From NCBI GenBank assembly GCA_038734615.1, contig JAVYOH010000003.1, positions 2,070 through 26,069 on the forward strand: 24,000 nucleotides of DNA. Reading direction: 5' to 3'. Position numbers and translations under genes: made by a program. The stretch is from Saccharolobus sp. (lineage in GTDB: Archaea > Thermoproteota > Thermoprotei_A > Sulfolobales > Sulfolobaceae). This document shows, piece after piece, positions 19,993 to 24,000 of the stretch. Position 1 is the first letter of the stretch; each line of letters starts with the position of its first letter. Under the pieces are notes generated by a model, which did not search any database, was not told where the DNA came from, and saw only the letters and a program-made list of their open reading frames with translations.

Positions 19993-20303
19993 CCATCATG
20001 AAATATAATATAATGAAAAATTCTATAACATGTTACGTAATATATAACGAAGATAAAAGGATAATATACTTAGATGTAAATAAGGAGATAGAAAAGAAGA
20101 TAAGCGCAGATAAAAGGATAATATACTTAGATGTAAATAAGGAATTGAATGATGGAATATTAAGAAAACTTATAATTTGTAATACTAAAATCTCCTCATA
20201 TATTTGTAATGCTATTGTAGAAAGTAAAAGAGAAAAGATAGATGAAGAGTACTTAGGAAGAATCTATAATGAAATACTTGAGGTTTCTAATAGTGTAATA
20301 TGA
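19989..20303 (+). CDS. Hypothetical protein carrying an in-frame 19-aa-period duplication
   Basis: The 104-aa ORF contains DKRIIYLDVNKE twice, encoded by a perfect 36-bp repeat. Its last 40 nt overlap the convergent ORF 20264-20578, so only one of the two 3' ends may be real. Confidence 0.35.
   Translation: MTIMKYNIMKNSITCYVIYNEDKRIIYLDVNKEIEKKISADKRIIYLDVNKELNDGILRKLIICNTKISSYICNAIVESKREKIDEEYLGRIYNEILEVSNSVI
20051..20143 (+). repeat. Perfect 36-bp direct repeat with 57-bp period (copies 20051-20086 and 20108-20143)
   Basis: AGATAAAAGGATAATATACTTAGATGTAAATAAGGA occurs twice with identical sequence, separated by 21 bp. I verified this base by base. Confidence 0.95.
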
Positions 20304-20578
20304 AACCCTTGCATTTTTAGCCTATTATTTAGTTCTCTCATAATCTGTGTTATATACATTGCATTGTTAGATATTATCTTAAGTAATATATTCATATCTT
20401 TTATTGATTGTGAACTAAAGTATATTAAAATTAGAGTATCTTGATTGGGAGAGCAGATATAAGAAGCGCCAATTTTAACTGGTTCACAAATTTCCTTAAA
20501 TGTTTCGTCTATTGATTGTGTTAAATACCTTAACCTAAGCTGGTCTTCCGTGAGAACCTGAAACTTTAATTCAAACAT
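20264..20578 (-). CDS. Hypothetical protein (104 aa), last gene of a three-gene minus-strand operon
   Basis: It overlaps the upstream ORF by 8 nt, which suggests translational coupling. I recognise no motif. Confidence 0.45.
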   Translation of the reverse strand: MFELKFQVLTEDQLRLRYLTQSIDETFKEICEPVKIGASYICSPNQDTLILIYFSSQSIKDMNILLKIISNNAMYITQIMRELNNRLKMQGFHITLLETSSISL

Positions 20579-20966
20579 TTCTATTCACTTTTTTTACATT
20601 GATCTTTTTAACTGGAATTTTAAGTTTATCGAAAAGTCTCTTAATATATTTTGAATATTGTGGATCACCGTCTATTAATTTAAGCTTTAACTTTCTATAT
20701 TTCATTACCAAAGTAAGATTTCCATTATCAATAACAGTAGCTCTTCCATACACCTTACCTTGTATATTTCTTAATAAATAGACATAAATATATATGCCCT
20801 TATTAGGAATATTGACTATCTTTGCATCACCTACTTTGTATATTGGCATAACTTTTTTTCCAGATAGTTCTGCCTGAACTAGCTCATCATTCTCAACCTT
20901 ATATAATAAGGATCTTATTACATGTTTATTAGATTTACTTCTAGAATTTTCTAATAATACTTCCAT
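20571..20966 (-). CDS. Hypothetical protein (131 aa) with a beta-rich core and a basic C-terminus
   Basis: It overlaps the flavoprotein gene by 26 nt. The core is KGIYIYVYLLRNIQGKVYGRATVIDNGNLTLVMKY, followed by the Lys-rich tail KLKIPVKKINVKKVNRNV. I recognise no family. Confidence 0.5.
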   Translation of the reverse strand: MEVLLENSRSKSNKHVIRSLLYKVENDELVQAELSGKKVMPIYKVGDAKIVNIPNKGIYIYVYLLRNIQGKVYGRATVIDNGNLTLVMKYRKLKLKLIDGDPQYSKYIKRLFDKLKIPVKKINVKKVNRNV

Positions 20967-21927
20967 CTAATCTCACACTTCTTACAGCCTCTGATATACC
21001 ATTAATATCTATTTTATCTTCTAAATAAGCATCTATAAGCACATCGTTCTTAAAAAATAGCTTCATAAATGTTCTTCTCAAGTTAGTATTAGAATATTTA
21101 TAGAGATTTAATAGCATCCTCTGTATTTCTATCCTCTTTTCTATAGTACTTAATTTTTCGTCTAAGAAAGTATCAAAATCTTTTTCTTTATAAATTGCTT
21201 CAAAAGCGTATTCTGCTGAAATAGCTGAGGGTCTTATCCCTTCACCGCTTAAAGGAAAAACTAACCCCCTAGCCTCACCTATTCTTAAACGTTTTTTTGA
21301 AACTTTACCAATGCTAATTGGCGCTCCTCTTACATCCTTAATCTTAAATTTAGTAAATTTCTTTCTATTTAAATAATTATAAAGCATTTCTTTAGAGTTT
21401 TTATACTCAAGAAATCCTGCACCTATGTTATACTCGTTATCACTGCTCGGGAATATCCAATAAAATCCCGTTAGCTTGGTATCAAACTCTATTATAGCCT
21501 CATCGTCAAAATCATCAGTTTCTAAGATTATTCTACTAGTATATACGACATCCCTATCCATAGGATATGGCCCTCTACTATCTATCGAATAATCAAAACC
21601 GTTAAGCTTAAAGTCGTGACCTACTCGTATTTTTGAGCTTTCACGCATTTTATTTATCCATTCCCATTTGTCTATTACTATCCATTTGGTATGCTTATAT
21701 TCTATGTCATATATTCTCTCTCCATCAATATAAAATGCGAATCTTTTTATTTTGAATTTATGAGTCCAATTAAAAGGTGGAGTATAGATATTAGGAACTA
21801 TGTCCCCGCAAGGTTTTATATATTTTTCATTAATATCAAAAATTGTTACATCATAGTTAACTTTAGATAACATGTAAGCTAAAAGTGATCCAGATACACC
21901 ACCACCTAATATTGCGACTTTTTTCAT
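20941..21927 (-). CDS. FAD-dependent oxidoreductase, geranylgeranyl-reductase family (short form)
   Basis: The N-terminal Rossmann dinucleotide motif KKVAILGGGVSGSLLAYML is present, then CGD, then a later GEARGLVFPLSGEGI segment (the GGR-family 'GDAAG..P..GEGI' region). The length is 328 aa. Confidence 0.7.
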   Translation of the reverse strand: MKKVAILGGGVSGSLLAYMLSKVNYDVTIFDINEKYIKPCGDIVPNIYTPPFNWTHKFKIKRFAFYIDGERIYDIEYKHTKWIVIDKWEWINKMRESSKIRVGHDFKLNGFDYSIDSRGPYPMDRDVVYTSRIILETDDFDDEAIIEFDTKLTGFYWIFPSSDNEYNIGAGFLEYKNSKEMLYNYLNRKKFTKFKIKDVRGAPISIGKVSKKRLRIGEARGLVFPLSGEGIRPSAISAEYAFEAIYKEKDFDTFLDEKLSTIEKRIEIQRMLLNLYKYSNTNLRRTFMKLFFKNDVLIDAYLEDKIDINGISEAVRSVRLDGSIIRKF

Positions 21928-21993
21928 TCCGAAATTTTATAAGTAGTACGAGTTTATATTTATATAGAAGCACAAAGCTAAGGTGGTAATTTA

Positions 21994-24000
<2,007 letters not shown>

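Overview
The window is a visibly AT-rich, tightly packed archaeal chromosome segment, and its gene content and order look like Sulfolobaceae (Thermoproteota). Most of it is conserved housekeeping. From left to right the genes are: sufB (cut by the left edge) and sufC; an AbrB-PhoU regulator; a divergent glycine-cleavage cluster (gcvT-gcvH plus PAC2-like and Hsp20-like genes on the minus strand, gcvPA-gcvPB on the plus strand); a signal peptidase, zinc-ribbon protein and small membrane protein trio; enolase; the cdvA-cdvB-cdvC locus; a minus-strand run of serA-like dehydrogenase, class-V aminotransferase, rpoK and type IA topoisomerase; an Ogg2-type 8-oxoguanine glycosylase; a short stretch of small uncharacterised genes (19.1-21.0 kb); a geranylgeranyl-reductase-family flavoprotein; and valS (cut by the right edge). 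The two edge genes are missing from the ORF track because they are open-ended, so I translated them by hand. The standout system is CdvABC, the ESCRT-III/Vps4 cell-division machinery. It is remarkable but already described (2008), so I do not claim it as new. Less certain observations that may be new are: a candidate C/D-box sRNA and an imperfect palindrome in the cdvA upstream region; a perfect 36-bp in-frame direct repeat inside a small orphan ORF; a beta-rich protein with a Lys/Arg/Ser tail whose 3' end overlaps the ogg start; and several small conserved-looking unknown proteins in tight operons. I saw no CRISPR array, tRNA or rRNA gene, transposase or integrase. All calls rest on reading motifs by eye, since no searches could be run.
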